From assembly GCA_000004985.1 (NCBI GenBank), contig GG738852.1: DNA of 64,000 bases; one strand, given 5' to 3'. Position 1 is the stretch's first letter; every line of letters starts with the position of its first letter. The position numbers and the translations under genes are program-made. Shown here in pieces: positions 19,083-30,829 of the stretch. This DNA comes from Naegleria gruberi (taxonomy: Eukaryota). The notes beneath the pieces were generated by a model, which worked only from the letters and a program-made list of their open reading frames with translations, ran no database searches and was not told where the DNA came from.

Positions 19083-21561
19083 CTAAACAAACCTATTAGA
19101 TTCAAATTTTTGAAATAAAATACTTACCGTAGCAAGATAAAAGAATAAATGAATATTACTCTTGTTTCCAACAGATAAATGCTTGATCAGCTCGGTACAA
19201 CAATGTTTTACAATAAACTCCATTTGGAATTGATGAGAAATGAAGAGAATACAAATCCATTCATTTAGGTCATACTCTTCAAATTTACCATAACACATTT
19301 CCAAGACAATTCTTAGAATTTCACATCTAGATTTTTTGCAATGCTCGAAAAACATCTCATTCAAATTGTCTGACATCATTAAAATAAACTCGAGCAAATT
19401 AATGGTGGAATCTTCTGATAGATTGGATATCATTGTTGAAAGAACTGGGCTGTTCACAGCTAGGACACATTTGTGAAGATTCATAACTTGCTCAGAGTTG
19501 GAATCAATAATTACCTTCAAATCACTAGATGTATCTTCTATTAAGGTGACCAAAGATTGTTCCAAATTCATTAAGATATTGTCTTCCTTCCATTGAACCT
19601 GAACAGCAAAGAATGTCTTTTTAGTTTGATCTATTTTTGGTTTGATTTTCAAAAAGGAATCCAATGATCCATACCTATTGTGACATTCATTATAGTTGGC
19701 CTTAATAAAAGCAAAACATTTCTTGACAAGTAGGAGCAAGATACTAGTTTCTGAATTTTTTAAAACTTTCCATGATAGATAATTGGAGGTCCATGTAAGA
19801 ATATCCATTACATTCTCAACAGTTATTCTGTTTGCTAACTCATTGAATAAAAATGTCTTGAAATAAATTCCAACATCTGAAATGTCATTAAGTATAAATA
19901 AACAAGTGACTAAATCCTTTTCAATATTTTCTTCAGATAATTTGGATAAGAATCTATCGAAATAAATGAATAATCTGTCAGAGTATGATTCTTCCTCTTT
20001 TGTTGTATTGGATGTTGCCTCATTTGATTGAAAATTGTTGGTGAATTCTTCCTCAGTCGCCAAAGATAGCTCACAACTGATAAATTTACAAATTCTAAAT
20101 AAAATTTCGCCTTCTTCAGCTTTAAGCCTCTCAGTAAACTCTCTATTGATAAGTAACGAATGCAAATCTTTGGATATCCTTTTGATTAAAGGTAAAAAGA
20201 CATGAATCTTTGAATTTTCTACATGGAAGAATTGACTACAGTCTCTCAATTCATCGATAAGCATTACGGTATTGGTTGCAATTAATTCTTGAGTGGATAG
20301 TAATGGAGTTTCATGCATTACAAGAGTACTATTATTGCCACATATTACTCTCACATCCTCTCCTTCCTTCCATTCAAAAGGTAGATTGATAAGTTGTGGC
20401 TCCCTAAATGAGACAGTCTTTGAGTTCTTACCAAGCTCTCCAAATCGATTAGAGCCAAATGCATATAATTTTCTGCTAGATGTTTTTAAAATCACATGAT
20501 AGGGCCCACTCCAAACATCATCAATATATTCATCATTGAGAGGAATTTTCTCAAATGGGTAAACCTGCTCACGTGTTCCAATACCCAATAAGGTTCCAGC
20601 TCCACTCACAAAGCATTCTCCATTCGAATGAAGAGAAATGATATTTGACTTTCCCAGAACTATCTTTTTGACACCCTCTGCAACCAATTGAGCTGCTGGT
20701 TTTACATAACATGGATCATGTTGAGGTCTATTATTGGCATATTCAACTATCATATAATCTGAATTCGAAAAGGTGGCCTTTTGTCCTTTTTCTAGAAAAA
20801 CACTTCGAGTTTCTCCTCCAACAATATCATCTGCTATTGGAAAGGATCTAGAAGTGTGTAGACATAAATTACAGAAAATGCTTGTTGGTGTATTGACTTG
20901 AAAAGTCATCTTAAAATCACCGTCATCAATGAGGAAACATTGTTCAATATTATTATTTCCACATGCATAAACGGTTGTCTTTTCAGAAACAAAAAAGGAT
21001 TGGGAAGGGCCTGTGAAAATCTTTCTAATTGGTGAATCAAACAAGCTCTGTAATATTTCCACAGGTTTGTTGCATTCCTTTCTCAAAGGATTACCCAATT
21101 GACCTGTACTATTACTTCCACATGAAAAAACTCTTCCCAACCTGGACAAGAATAAGGCATGTTTCTCTCCGAGTCTAATCTGTACAATCTGATCATCATT
21201 ATTTAAATCCTCAAATTCTATTGGGGTGGGAATTTGTCGTGAGTCTAAATCTCCTACACCCAGCCATCCACAATCATTTCGTGTTCCGAGAGTGTACACC
21301 TTACCACTTTTTGTTAGGAAACAACAAAATTCATACGAGTAGGTGGAAGTTATTTCAAATTGTATGATCGGATCATGGAAGGAATAATATTCTAGAAAAT
21401 CAATTTTTGAAAAGGTTGATTGATCTGGTTGCTATATTATAGATTTTAATGTACATTATACATTGCTATTAACGTACTATATCCTTTGTCCATGGAAGGG
21501 CAGACAATGTCGACCAAAAACCTTGTCCACATCCATAAAATGTTTGTTTGGTTTCTGTCAT
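19083..21561 (-). CDS. RCC1-repeat plus BTB-domain protein (RCBTB-like). Exon 1 is 21561 (or 21576)..21478, then a 46-nt intron (GTACGT...TATAG), exon 2 is 21431..19083.
   Basis: The big ORF has no in-frame ATG; its frame is open to 21431. An upstream mini-exon (MTETKQTFYGCGQGFWSTLSALPWTKDI) starts RCC1 blade 1 and splices in phase 0 to QPDQSTF... There are multiple RCC1 blades (CGSNSTGQLG...). A BTB-like C-terminal region runs VMNLHKCVLAVNSPVLSTMI...LEFILMMSDNL. Confidence 0.6.
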
Positions 21562-21607
21562 TTTTTTGTTTGACATTACGTTTGATTTTATTCTTGTATG
21601 AAAAATT

Positions 21608-21698
21608 TGATGAGTGTGGGATTTGAACCCACGCCCTTGCGGAACACGGTATTAATAATACCTTAACGTGTCGTCTTAGACCACTCGACCAACTCACC
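21608..21698 (-). tRNA. tRNA-Leu(AAG), second copy in inverted orientation. The exon sequence is identical to the copy at 18742; the intron differs by 1 nt (TATTATTAATA).
   Basis: It is the exact reverse complement of the 18742..18832 gene except for one intron base. A T5 run lies on the minus strand at 21601..21605. The 3' end lies ~30-45 nt upstream of the RCC1-BTB start codon. Confidence 0.85.
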
Positions 21699-21783
21699 AT
21701 CGATTAGGGAAATATTTATAGCCTTAACATCACTTTATACAGCTAAAAACTGCATTAATTTTGCTGCAATTTTTACAATGTTT

Positions 21784-22335
21784 TTACAATCTAGGTGTCA
21801 ATGAGGATGGTAATCTAGCTGATGAAGAGGTTGATTCATTCTGATAGAGTGGTAATTGTTCATCCACTGTTGGTCCATAAATTGATTGCAATATTGGATG
21901 TTGCAACTTGTATCTGAATTGTGACACATCATTCTCTTCAACTTCAACAAAAGCAAAATCAATAAACATTTGCTGTGGAGCCCTATCAAAATGATCCAAA
22001 AATTGTTTCAACCTTTTCATCAAGTGTGGTTTCGTGTAAATGCTCACAACAGGAGTTGTCCCAATACCACCTGATGATCCCGATGGTGAACCCAATACTG
22101 GTGGAGTGTAGGTTTTTACTTGTGATCGATGATGAACCTGTTGATAATTATTCAATGTCGGTTGCGCCGTAGTAGTAGTATTCATATTTTGTTCTCCATC
22201 TTCTATTTTGTTATTGATTTGTTTATCATTATCGGTCTCGTGGGTATTTGTCTCCGAGAGGAATTGTTTTTCATTCTTGTTGTCTTGCTGTCTATTTAAT
22301 ACGCTTCCATTGTTGGTTTGTTTTGACTCTTGCAT
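21784..22335 (-). CDS. Hypothetical protein with an N/Q/T-rich N-terminus.
   Basis: 183-aa ORF with an A-rich start context (ttaaaaaATGcaagag). No recognised domain. Confidence 0.3.
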   Translation of the reverse strand: MQESKQTNNGSVLNRQQDNKNEKQFLSETNTHETDNDKQINNKIEDGEQNMNTTTTAQPTLNNYQQVHHRSQVKTYTPPVLGSPSGSSGGIGTTPVVSIYTKPHLMKRLKQFLDHFDRAPQQMFIDFAFVEVEENDVSQFRYKLQHPILQSIYGPTVDEQLPLYQNESTSSSARLPSSLTPRL

Positions 22336-22920
22336 TTTTTAAATGAATGATTAAATGGTGATGTGTAATGCACCTTACAGTATTTCGATTTTGTTAAGAG
22401 AGATTTTCCTGATGCTGTAATAAATATGATGAATAAACCATTGACTAAGAGGTTATTTTAAATTATTAAATTGTTAATGATAAAGGATTTTCTTTCATAA
22501 AATCAAAATAAATCATCAAGGAAAAGGGACAAATGCAATCACATTAATGGAAAGCCACTTTCCCAATTATTAAATTTCTTTAATAGGCCACTCACTTCCT
22601 TAATAGCACGTGTAATCTTTGCCAAAGAACTGAATTAATGCCAAATGAAGCCAAATAGCTTCTTAAAAAAACTCTCACATTTTCAATAGAGATATCTAAG
22701 CAAATAAATTTCACATTTGCTTGAGTGTGAAGTTATTGTACATTATATAACCGAGAGAAGGGAAAATCAATTAATTTTCACAGCAAGGAATATCCACCTT
22801 TTGTATTACTATCACTCCTCTATTATAATAATTCTTTCGTTAAATCCTCTGAGAAATTATTATTATATCACTTTATTATAATAATATTCACACTTTAACA
22901 TTGATTCTCAAAAAACAGAG

Positions 22921-25126
22921 ATGAGAACAAGAAGTAGGAGCTTGTTCACCGATTTCATACCTCACAATAATACTACTAGTAATAATAGTGGGAGTAATAC
23001 AAACTCACCAACTAGTACTAGGGAGGGAAGACAATTCTCTCCCACGAGTCCAATATTGCAATCCTTCAGAACTACTCAATCACTTGTGGAGGAAGATGTT
23101 GGAACCGAGCCAAAAACACTCTCCATTTCATTAAGGGATAACTCACCTACTGTAGGATCAAATTCCTCTTCACCATCATCTAATCCATCATCCTTTTCCT
23201 CAGCGTTGAATGGTGGAACGACCACCTTCTTTACACCTCACAGTCCAACCACACCCTCTCCAAGTACTTCAACTCCAAGAAGAAGAAAACTCTCACTAGG
23301 ATTGAGTAGTATGCAGAATATGAATTCTACTCCACTCTCCTCTTCACCAACACCTTCACCCCTAACAATGAATCCCTCCACAACTGTACAACAAGCAACA
23401 AGTGGGGGAACTTATGTTCCAGGTACTTTTAATCAATCCCCTTCCCCACCAAGTTCAACATCTCCTTCAAGTCTCTCCTCCTCTCCTTCTAATTCTCTAT
23501 TCATTAATGATGCAGCTGGATCTTCAAGCCCTAGAAATTACTCACCACGAAGATATTCAATAATGCCTGCTGTTGGATTTGCCACTCCTCCCCCACTAAG
23601 TTCTTCATCAAATGGTTCTTCCACACCTACTGGAGGTAATAGTAGAAGAAATTCATTGGAGAGGAAGGTCTCTGAAGCTTTTGCCTTTCCAAACATTAAT
23701 GAAAAACCAATGAATAATCGTTTGAGGGAAATTAAATCGATGGAACTTGATGAACAAATGGACTATAATTCATATAACAATTCATCGAGTAATAACAACA
23801 ATAATAATAACGACTCATCAAGTAATAATATCATTGATGACATGGGGGGATTGCTTAATTACATTTCACCCCAATTCCTTCAACCTGCAGTTCCTGCACA
23901 ACCAGTGTTGGAGAGAAGAAGGAGTTTCAAGAGAAATCCATCATCGCCATCTGTTGTGGGAGATCATGAAGTACCATCTCTCATTCCAACTTTCCAAAGG
24001 AAGGACAGTGTATCTTCTCTGGAACAAGTTAGAGAGCTGCAAAGAGTTCCATCAAAAAGCTCCAACCTAACAGTTGTAGCAAGTCCATCATCAAACAGTA
24101 CTTCCTCAAACAGCATTGCCCCAATTAGAGGAAAAATCTCCTGCAACTCCTTGTAAAATATATGCTGATGAACAACAGAATGAATCGTCACCTAAAATTA
24201 TTACTACACCATCAACTCCTTCCAAGTCGGTAGCTTCTTCTTCCTCTTGTAACATGTTGAATGAGAATACTCCAAACAGAGCTCAAACACCTGGATCAGA
24301 GGATAATAGCTTACTTAAATCACTCTTATCAATACAATTGACATCTGAAATGTTAACAACTGAACCACATGCTGAAAACCAGGGCAGAAGAAGACATCAA
24401 GAGAAAGAAGACACCTCAGGTCAAGATTCTTCATTTGATCGTTTAGTTTCAAACTTTTCTAGTATTCAAAGACAGAAAAAAGATGTTAAGCGAATTCCAG
24501 AATTTGAAGAACACTTGAAAGAATTCTCTTCACTCGTTCGTCAATTCCAAATTAAGGGAGTTGTCCTAAACCAACAGGAAATTGAGGAATTTCTTCGTGA
24601 TGATAGAAAGGGAAACGATGAAGTTGATCCAAATGTTTTGAGTAAGATTAGAAGTAAGGAATTGGAGAGCTACATTAGAACTCTTGGTCCAAAAACCATT
24701 CAAATGATGTGTGATTGGAGAGATCGTTTCCATAGTGTTCATGAAAACTCAAATGCAGTTCTCGACTTTTCTGATAAGAAGAAAAAGGTTGAGGATAATA
24801 TGAAATTAATGAAGAAGGCCATGGAAAATGTAAATGCAATTCCTCCAGCACGTAGGGATAGCTTATCAACACCAGTTGGTGGTAGTGGAAGGAGAGATTC
24901 CTTACCTCTCATCAACTCGTCACCAACTGGCTCACCATCAGCAGGTAGTGGAATGACCCTTACCACAACTCCTGGAACTCCAACAAGTCAAATCAGAAGT
25001 GGAATGACACAATCTAAAAGCAGTGTAAATATGTTGTCTCCAACAACTACAACATCTTACAGCCCAATACCTAGAGCTAGTAGACAGAGATCAAAATCTT
25101 TGAATGTTATTAAAAAACTTGATTAA
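22921..25126 (+). CDS. Large S/T/P/N-rich low-complexity protein. Two ORFs (22921..24156, 24116..25126) are joined by a 1-nt frameshift in an A5 run at ~24132-24136.
   Basis: Both ORFs share composition and orientation and overlap by 40 nt. Dropping one A (gga aaa tct cct) reads seamlessly ...SIAPIRGKSPATPCKIYADEQQ... A-rich ATG context at 22921. The C-terminal half is more structured (EFLRDDRKGNDEVDPNVLSKIRSKELESYIRTLGPKTIQMMCDWRDRFH). Confidence 0.4.
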
Positions 25127-25407
25127 GTTGAATGAAACCAATTCTATTATCTTTGTAAAAAGATATGCTCGAGACAGTACACCAACAATGATAATGTCAA
25201 CCAAAGTTGGACAGTTACTAAATCTCCAATACTACTATTTCTTCCGCCGTGGACGGATTAAGAATTAATGGGATTCTTATCACTGGTTAAGGAAGAACAG
25301 GTAATACCGATAAATGGTAAATGCTGTTCACAATATATAAATGTATAATGTTTAGGAATGGCATTGTGGGTTGTTAAAATTTTAATAATAAATTAATGTG
25401 AAATTTT

Positions 25408-26186
25408 TCAATCATTCTTTTTGGATGTAGCTGTCTTGGCTTTCTTTTCTGCTTGAATGTTCAATTGTCTTCTCTTCACTTGTACAACCATTGAAGCAGA
25501 GGTTATCAACATGTTGATCTGGTTCAAAAATTGTTAAATATTAAATGGTGCGAATATTTTTGTAAACCTACCACAATGATCACCAATAAGAATAATAGAG
25601 GGAAGGCATACACAACTGCAGCAAAGAAACCGCGTGAATCGAAATAATTAAGTGTTGAGAAGGATTTCCAATTCATTCCACACCATCTATTCAAAGTTTC
25701 TGACATGTATGTCATAAAGCCTATTTGACACGACAAATATTCTGATAAATACTCCTCCTATTCCACAATAATAAACTTACAAATAATGGCAAATAAAACA
25801 GCTTGAATATTCATATTTCTTCTAGACATTATAATACAAATAAAAAGTACAATATGCATAGCAATAAGTCCTTGTAACCAAACCTCATCTCTCCAATAAA
25901 CACCATTGACAAATGCAGAGGTATCCGATTTAAATTGATCCCATCCTTGACGTCCATATTTAAATAATATATCAAAATCAAAGTTGGAATTTATAAATTC
26001 TTGAACAACATTCTTTGTAGTCGGAAAGTTTCCAGCATTACCACCTCTTGAAGTTGGTGGTACTTGTTGTTGTTGTTGACCATCCAATGCATTCAATCCG
26101 AGACCATACAATAATAAATTGATGAGTTTTGCCTGATTCTCAAAGACATTTTCCAATACGTTCCACCAAGTTGAATTGTTACTCAT
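25408..26186 (-). CDS. TMEM18: TMEM18 homolog (three exons): 26186..25781, a 60-nt intron (GTAAGT...AAATAG), 25720..25572, a 53-nt intron (GTAGGT...ACCAG), 25518..25408.
   Basis: VYWRDEVWLQGLIAMH aligns with TMEM18 TDWTEPWLMGLATFH. MNWKSFSTLNYFDSRGFFAAVVYAFPLL aligns with [28 protein letters not shown]. The C-terminal exon is basic (KRRQLNIQAEKKAKT), like the TMEM18 tail. The unspliced reading has an in-frame TAG between the conserved halves; intron 1 removes it and restores the conserved Cys codon (t|gc). Confidence 0.65.
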
Positions 26187-26467
26187 TTTTTTATGTTTTT
26201 TAATTTTACTCAAAATTGTTTTTTAGTTTCAACATTGTTGATTGTTTGGATGTTTACAATAAGTTGAAATTTTGTAAATAAATGAGAACTCCTGATTGGG
26301 GTAGTGTCAGATACGAAACTAATTCGAATGGTTTATATTTTAATTTCATTTCCAAAATTGTGCCATGTTGAAAATCCAAAACAAGTCTTTGGAATGTATG
26401 AGAGGTGAATTTTCAATACTTTAAACATGCCGAGATCAACAAATAGTTTCAAAACACAAAAAAACAA

Positions 26468-27101
26468 ATGAAAGATACTCCAAAGAAACTCAGCNNNNNN
26501 NNNNNNNNNNNNNNNNNNNNNNNNNNNNNNNNNNNNNNNNNNNNCGCTTAAGGAAGTTCCTCCTCAAGAAGAAAAGAATGAAGAATCTGTGGTTGACCAA
26601 GCAGTAGACTCTGTTGAAACAATTGAAAATGAGAAGGAAACAAAAAGTGATGATTCGAAAATGAAACATCAAAGAGATCAAGTGAAGAATTCTCAAAAGT
26701 CAACATCCCTCTCAATGTACATTATCTTATCTCTTATGGTTGCAGTAATGGGCTATTTAGTCAACCAACAAATGATAATCAATCAATACAACAAGAATCT
26801 CGAGAGTAAATTAGCCAAACTTGAAAATCCTCAATTAGAATTCAAAATGGTTTCCAAAGTAGGCCTTGGTGATATATTCGTTGAGTGTCCAGCAAGTTTC
26901 ACCCTTCTTTCTTGTGGAATCAATCACTCTGATAATGGACACAACACAGGTCATCGACCATTCTCCACCACTGGATGTGTTTGTTCTCAAAATGCAGACG
27001 AAACAAACCTTCACCTTAAATACACTTGTTTCGCTTACTGCATGAAAAATCCATCACTCTATCAATCCAAAACAAAACCTTATCCATTAAGCATTGAATA
27101 A
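26468..27101 (+). CDS. Hypothetical single-pass membrane protein with a Cys-rich C-terminal domain. The CDS spans the N-gap, so the frame across the gap is unverified.
   Basis: ATG at 26468 in context aaaaaaacaaATG. The downstream frame (..LKEVPPQEEKNEE..) stays open into the gap. TM segment MYIILSLMVAVMGYLV. Confidence 0.25.
26496..26544. other. Assembly gap (run of N).
   Basis: 49 consecutive N characters. Confidence 0.99.
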
Positions 27102-27307
27102 TAATAAAACATAATGTTCTTTGTTCCAACTAAATTAATCCATGAAGGAGAAGTGCTATCCCAGCAACAACAAGTGGGATAACGGATTTTGGTGGACTTT
27201 GAAACCGCAACCCCTTTTCAATGTCCTTACAATGTCCATCGCATGATGGTGTTGAGGTTTTAAAAAACTAACTTTCCAAAACATGTATGGAGAAATAATT
27301 TGAAAAA

Positions 27308-28944
27308 ATGGTTTCTGCACAATTATTACAAACTCCTTTCGAAGATATGAACAGAATGCAACTAATTCTCAATTCAGTGTTGGTTGTAATTCTTGTTGCC
27401 TTGCTCATTCATGTCATTCGTTTCTTGCATGTCTATTTCAAGTTTAGACACATACCTGGATATGTTTCAATTCTACCACCCATGCTAGCTAGCATATTTG
27501 CAGGTGAAATGTATGTCGACTATGGATACAAATGTACATTGAAAGCATTCTTGGACAATCCAGAGGCAAACCTTGTTAAAGTTCAAAATGGTTATGGTAT
27601 TGTGTTTGCTGTGGCCAGAGATCACGATTTAATCAAGGAAATGCTAGTGAGAAAGTACAAAACATTTGCTAAGGATGAAAAGATGTGGGAACCATTGGCT
27701 CTCTTTGGACACAATATTTTGTCTGCAGATTCAATGAATCCAATTTGGAAAAAACATAGAACACTTGCTAATCCAATATTTTCGAATGCATCACATTTGA
27801 GAAATGTATTTAGAGTTACAGTGGAGGAATTGCCACACATGATTGAGTATCTTAGAAGACATTATTCAGTTGACCAAGAGAATCAATCTATTAGAAATGT
27901 TAATATTACCCAAGAACTCAAATCCATTACCTTGACGGTTATTAATAAGGTTGCATTTGATTATGACATTCAATTATTTGACAGACTCCAAGACATAGTG
28001 AGGAAATGCATCAGTCAATTGGACATTTATTGAGTGGAATTTTGTATCAATTCATTTTCCCAAAGTGGTTCTTTGATTATATTCCTATTGGAATTTTCAA
28101 ACAATTTAAGGAAGCAAAACTGAGATTCCACGACAGAGCCATGACCATGGTAAGAAAAAAACAAGCCGAAATTGAAAAGAATATAGAAATGAAAGATGAC
28201 GAAGATTTATTGAGTCTATTATTGAAGAGCTTTGCTGCACAAAACTTGTCAGATGATGAAAAATTATCCAATGATGAATTGGTCAGTGCAATTTTCATTA
28301 TCTTCTTTGCTGGATTTGAAACTAGTTCAACATCTTTGAATTTCTTTCTGAGAATATTGGCAACTCATCCAGATGTTCAAGAAAGATTGATTGAGGAAAT
28401 TGATTCAAATATCAACTCTATTGATTCAATGACTTTTGAAGATTTAACGGAAAAGCTTCCACTTATGAATTCTTTCATTAAGGAATCGTTTCGAGTTAAA
28501 CCAGCCGTTGGAGCTGTAGCAAGAACTGTCTTGAAGAAGGAAGGTGAATCTATTGGCAAGATTCACTTGGAAAAGGGGTCAGTTTTAATTTGTAACATGA
28601 TGGTTCATCATCAACTCTCTCAGAATACAGCTTTGGATACCTTCAAATTTAACAGATATTATCAAGATCCAACTCTTGAAGAGAAGATTGACAGGGGAAC
28701 TATGGGACATTTGGCACTCGATTTTACAAAGGATGATTTGATTCCATTCTCACTAGGACCAAGAGATTGTCTTGGAAAACGTATGGCACTAATAGAAATT
28801 AAGGTCATTCTCGTTTTCTTATTAAAACAATTCAGGTTGAAAGTTCCAGATCATTTGAAAGAATCTCAATCAAAAATTAAGGAAGGTTATTTCATGACAA
28901 GAACAACAGACTCTCCATTCATTCTTGATTTTGAAACTAGATAA
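27308..28944 (+). CDS. Cytochrome P450 monooxygenase. Exons 27308..27997 and 28066..28944; 68-nt intron GTGAGG...CAAAG.
   Basis: N-terminal membrane anchor. The I-helix AGFETSS, the ExxR segment ESFRVKP, and the heme-binding FSLGPRDCLG (~28747) are present. The two ORFs (27308..28033, 28006..28944) are joined in phase 0 by the intron. The intron model is the only canonical join of plausible length. Confidence 0.8.
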
Positions 28945-28991
28945 TCTTTCCTTTTTCATAGGACGGTCAATCAATTTCTTATTAAAAAAAA

Positions 28992-30137
28992 ATGAATACA
29001 AAACTCACTTCACACTTGCCACATTTGATAAAACACAATTTTCCGAGTGTAAAGTATGCCTTTGCCTATGGATCGGCAGTCTTTAAACAAAAAGGGAATG
29101 AGGCACTTCATGAAGATTTTGATAAATTACACGACACTAAAATTATTGATGTGTCCAAGCCTGGTGAGGAGGAGAAGGCTGTAGTTCCGATTGTTGTGGA
29201 TAGGAAAAAGATGATGGTAGATATGGTGCTTGCTGTGAGTGATTCGTATGAATTTCACAAACAGAATTTATTATTAAATCCAGAGCATTATTCAGTGTTG
29301 ATGAGGATTTTGGGACCGAGAGTGATTACATTGCTACAGGAAAAGTTTGGAGCTAGAATTTATTATAATACAATGGTGGATTTGGATGATATTCATACTG
29401 GTGTTAGGTCACCATTTTTGTTTAAATATGGAGTTATAAAGGCACAACATTTAATTAAAGATTTGAATAATTGGGAAACTTTGTATGTGTCTGGAAGATT
29501 GCAAAAACCAACCTTTACAATTGATACAATTGATGAGAATGTTAGATCACTGCCAGGACATGTGGATACATGGCATCAAAATATCTGTCTAGCTCAGGAA
29601 CACAATTTGGAGCATGCCTTATTTACTGCATTGAAAATTATTTTATCTGAAAATCAATTGACAAATGGAACAGATCAAGAACAGGATATCAAAATTAATT
29701 TATTCGATTTATTTGTAATGATTGCCTCGCTATCCTATCAAGGAGATGTTAGAATGAAAATCAAGGGAGCAGAAAATAAGAATAAGGTGACTAATATTGT
29801 CACAACAAATTATGAACATTTTATAGAACTGTACGAACCAATTATGGAAAAGAGTAAATTATCGATCAAATTGGATCCAGATACTAAACAAAGTTATGTG
29901 AATATTACCAAATCAGATGTGGAGAAGGTTCGTGGTAGAGATCTACCTTTGAATGTTCAACAACAGCTCAGTAATCAATCAAAGATTACTGCTGATAGCA
30001 TCCAACAAGCTATTGCCAAGATTGTTTCCTCATCTAGTACATCACAAACTCTGAAGGGTTTAATTTCGGCTGGTCCTGTAAAGAGCTTTCACTATGTTTT
30101 GGAAAAATTGAAAAAAGGATTAAAGAGCCACAAGTAG
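28992..30137 (+). CDS. TAMM41: TAM41/MMP37-like mitochondrial phosphatidate cytidylyltransferase.
   Basis: N-terminal FAYGSAVFKQ matches the Mmp37 family YGSGV motif region. Length (~380 aa) fits the family. A-rich start. Confidence 0.5.
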   Translation: MNTKLTSHLPHLIKHNFPSVKYAFAYGSAVFKQKGNEALHEDFDKLHDTKIIDVSKPGEEEKAVVPIVVDRKKMMVDMVLAVSDSYEFHKQNLLLNPEHYSVLMRILGPRVITLLQEKFGARIYYNTMVDLDDIHTGVRSPFLFKYGVIKAQHLIKDLNNWETLYVSGRLQKPTFTIDTIDENVRSLPGHVDTWHQNICLAQEHNLEHALFTALKIILSENQLTNGTDQEQDIKINLFDLFVMIASLSYQGDVRMKIKGAENKNKVTNIVTTNYEHFIELYEPIMEKSKLSIKLDPDTKQSYVNITKSDVEKVRGRDLPLNVQQQLSNQSKITADSIQQAIAKIVSSSSTSQTLKGLISAGPVKSFHYVLEKLKKGLKSHK

Positions 30138-30267
30138 TTATGCTGCCTTGTGGATATATTTAATGGTTACAAAATTTCAAAATTCAAAACTTTTTCATCC
30201 TCTGCCTCAATCCTTCTCTTTTTACTGATACCATGTCTAGCAATTCATCATCAAAAATCATACCAAG

Positions 30268-30705
30268 TTATTCAGAAACACTCTTGTACTTTTCCTCCAA
30301 TTCCTTCTTTTTTTCCACCCATCTCTTCAATCCACTTGGAGAAAGTTTATCCTCTCTTGGATCGAGAGCATACTTCCTCTCAAAACTAGGTGACAAGTTT
30401 CTCATAAAAGAGAATACAAGCAGGAGTGATGATGAAACAGTCAAAATATTGGCTTTACCAGTTTGTGGTGGATTTCTTCTCTTTCTTAAAACTCCACTCA
30501 CATATGCAGATCCGAGAGCTAAATTAAAAATTAAAACATTGAATGCAATTGGAGAGTTTAATCTTGTCTCATAAACTGCTCTTTCGGCCACTAGTAATGT
30601 GCTCCTATCATCGGGTCCGATTGGTTTTTGTGTTTGACGAAGAAGTTTGTTAGTATTTGTTGGAATGATATTTGGTTGTGGTGTAGGGCTATTGCTTTCA
30701 GACAT
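30268..30705 (-). CDS. Hypothetical small membrane protein (145 aa).
   Basis: ATG in an A-rich context. One or two predicted TM helices (IAFNVLIFNLALGSAYVSGVL). No family recognised. Confidence 0.3.
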   Translation of the reverse strand: MSESNSPTPQPNIIPTNTNKLLRQTQKPIGPDDRSTLLVAERAVYETRLNSPIAFNVLIFNLALGSAYVSGVLRKRRNPPQTGKANILTVSSSLLLVFSFMRNLSPSFERKYALDPREDKLSPSGLKRWVEKKKELEEKYKSVSE

Positions 30706-30829
30706 TTTTTAGTAATTAAAAAGTAAAATTTAAATATTAAATAGTAATTGATTATTCATGATTAATTATTTATTATTTTAAATAGTTTCACACCAATATG
30801 TACATTAAATATTTTCATAATAATTATTA

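Noticed and set aside
18833-21607. A tRNA-targeted retrotransposon (TRE/DGLT-A-like) or other mobile element between the inverted tRNA-Leu genes.
   Set aside because: The interval is fully accounted for by a cellular RCC1-BTB gene with an intron. There are no RT, integrase or gag-like ORFs, no LTRs, and no target-site duplications.
24116-25126. Treating ORF 24116..25126 as an independent gene.
   Set aside because: Its frame is open only from 24080. It overlaps the upstream ORF by 40 nt with the same composition. A single-A change in an A5 run fuses them seamlessly.
25236-25300. Inverted repeat TTTCTTCC...GGAAGAA in the convergent 3' UTR region between the S/T-rich gene and TMEM18, considered as a structured RNA or terminator hairpin.
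   Set aside because: The stem is short (7-8 bp) with a ~40-nt loop. There are no conserved box elements. This is within chance expectation for AT-rich DNA.
25758-25760. In-frame TAG between the conserved halves of TMEM18, considered as possible stop-codon reassignment or read-through.
   Set aside because: A canonical 60-nt GTAAGT...AG intron removes it and recreates a conserved Cys codon. All other genes in the window terminate normally on TAA, TAG or TGA.
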